This document shows positions 62,578-64,000 of a stretch of DNA of 64,000 bases, in pieces. Under the pieces are notes generated by a model. The model was not told the origin of the DNA. It ran no database searches and was given only the letters and a program-made list of their open reading frames with translations. The position numbers were made by a program, and so were the translations under genes. The number at the start of each line of letters is the position of its first letter. Position 1 is the first letter of the stretch. The stretch covers positions 682,001 through 746,000 of the forward strand of contig NW_027191419.1 of NCBI RefSeq assembly GCF_041146345.1. Reading direction: 5' to 3'. The DNA comes from Neodothiora populina (Eukaryota).

Positions 62578-64000
62578 TCAGTAATCAACCGTCTTGATTT
62601 CCTTTCTGATGGACTCGGGCAGCTCCTCTTCCTTGACGAAGCCGAGTTTGATAGCGTCGCCCCAGAAGAACATGGCTCGGTCGCGGGCATAGCGAAGATA
62701 GTCAAACTCTTCTTCAGCCTCCTCGTCGTTCTCCTCGACGGCATCCGGACGCTTCGCCTCGATGTCTTGACGCATCTCCTCGATCTCCGTCTTGTCGGAG
62801 TCGGAAGCGACTTCGGTGTTGCCATTCTCGGTCAATTGCAGTTTCTTCATGCTCTCTTCAGCAGATATCTCGTCTGGCGAGGCAGATAAGCCAGCCAAGG
62901 TGTTTGGCGTTTGAGCTGCCGACGCAGATGGTGAGAACAGAGGCAGGCCCGGTACTTTTGCCTGCACGATTCCCCATGCGACCCATTGTGCAGTGTTGGC
63001 CAGTCTCCACAGGCGGGTCTCTTGTAAGAGTGACTTGACTTCCGCATCTTCGACGGCCGAAGTCTCTTCCTCCGCTTTGTGTAGGGAGTCGCTGGAGCCA
63101 GCGGGGTTGCGAGCGTCCAGCATGAAATTCGAGATGCTCGAATTGGGTCCCTGCGGTCTCTTTGGTGCATCGCTAGACGTGTCGACGTGCTGGGTGGGAC
63201 CCAACTTGGGCGTGGAAACATTGAACTGTGGTCTGTGACGCACGTATGCCCTAACGAATCTGTCCTGCTCGTCTGGTGTAGGATACACCTTGGTGTTGCA
63301 TTTCCAGGCAAACTGGGGGTCGTGGTAATTGTAACACCATTCAGTGAAATGATTGGCGAATTCGAGCCCAGGGGTATTGGCACTGGCATACTCGAAATCG
63401 ATGACGATCAGCTGCTTGTGAGTATTGGCGGGAAGCAAGAGCGGTGACGTTCCGGCGGGCAACAAACGCAGGATGTTGCCATATTGAGTCTAAACAACGT
63501 CAGTCTCGGCATTGAGCACAGGAATCATGAAAATATACGTACGTCGTTGTGTGCAAAGACCAGCCTCTGACGGAGTTGATCGGGCTTCGCGTACTGATCC
63601 TCAAGCCATCGGCGGTATTTCTCCAAGGTGGACTTGAAGAAACCCCATTCTGTACCACAGACAAAGCCGCGAGTCTTCCAGGCATCAGCACCATCATGAC
63701 TCTCCTCAGCGACTCCAGACGAGACTTCTTTGTCGAGCCATGATGCTACATCACCTACGCGCTGGACCCATTTGTCCCAGTTCCTCCACACGAATGGACC
63801 ATCATCACGTTCACGTTCCAGCAGGTCCACGCCTTCGTGTAGCTCGCGCATACGCTTCGCGATGTGCTTACTGGTATCAGGGTTGCGAAGATCACTCGGT
63901 GTCAGCGTACGAGCGTGGAAGAATTCCTCGAAACGGCCATTGCTGAAGGTGCCGAGCATACGAGGTCCAATGCGTTTACGAGCCAGGCGTCTCAAAATCT
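62578..64000 (-). CDS. Choline/ethanolamine kinase, 5' end outside the window
   Basis: [17 protein letters not shown], Brenner motif LVFAHND/TQYGNIL, and IDFEYAS...EFANHFTEW. Intron at about 63490-63542. Confidence 0.92.

Overview
Gene-dense eukaryotic DNA from a filamentous ascomycete. Short GT-AG introns with CTRAY branch points, a QDE-1-type RdRP and a GH12 enzyme fit this; a Dothideomycete or black-yeast-like fungus is my inference. About 23 protein-coding genes are supported, mostly housekeeping: PKA catalytic subunit, acyl-CoA synthetase, SAP18, a small conserved protein, RCM1, an LCAT-like hydrolase, TDG/MUG glycosylase, amino-acid permease, DHA1 MFS transporter, SDH4, MPP-beta, NPR2, an orphan coiled-coil protein, GH12, COY1/CASP, a Vps3/TGFBRAP1-like protein, RdRP, TCTP, RPS22, a histidine-phosphatase-family protein, RPL17, NOP1 and a partial choline kinase. 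An snR44-like H/ACA snoRNA lies in RPS22 intron 2. I saw no transposon, CRISPR array, tRNA, rRNA or secondary-metabolite cluster. The most interesting signals are non-coding: (1) a strongly base-paired RPS22 5'-UTR intron carrying a decoy start codon; (2) a 59-nt tandem duplication that reads as a possible newly formed intron; (3) a two-intron/4-nt micro-exon 5' UTR with a conditional overlapping uORF upstream of the MFS gene; (4) a CBC:HapX-type site in the SDH4/MPP-beta divergent promoter. I found no clearly new multi-gene system. All calls were made by eye without database searches, so exon boundaries are manual predictions.
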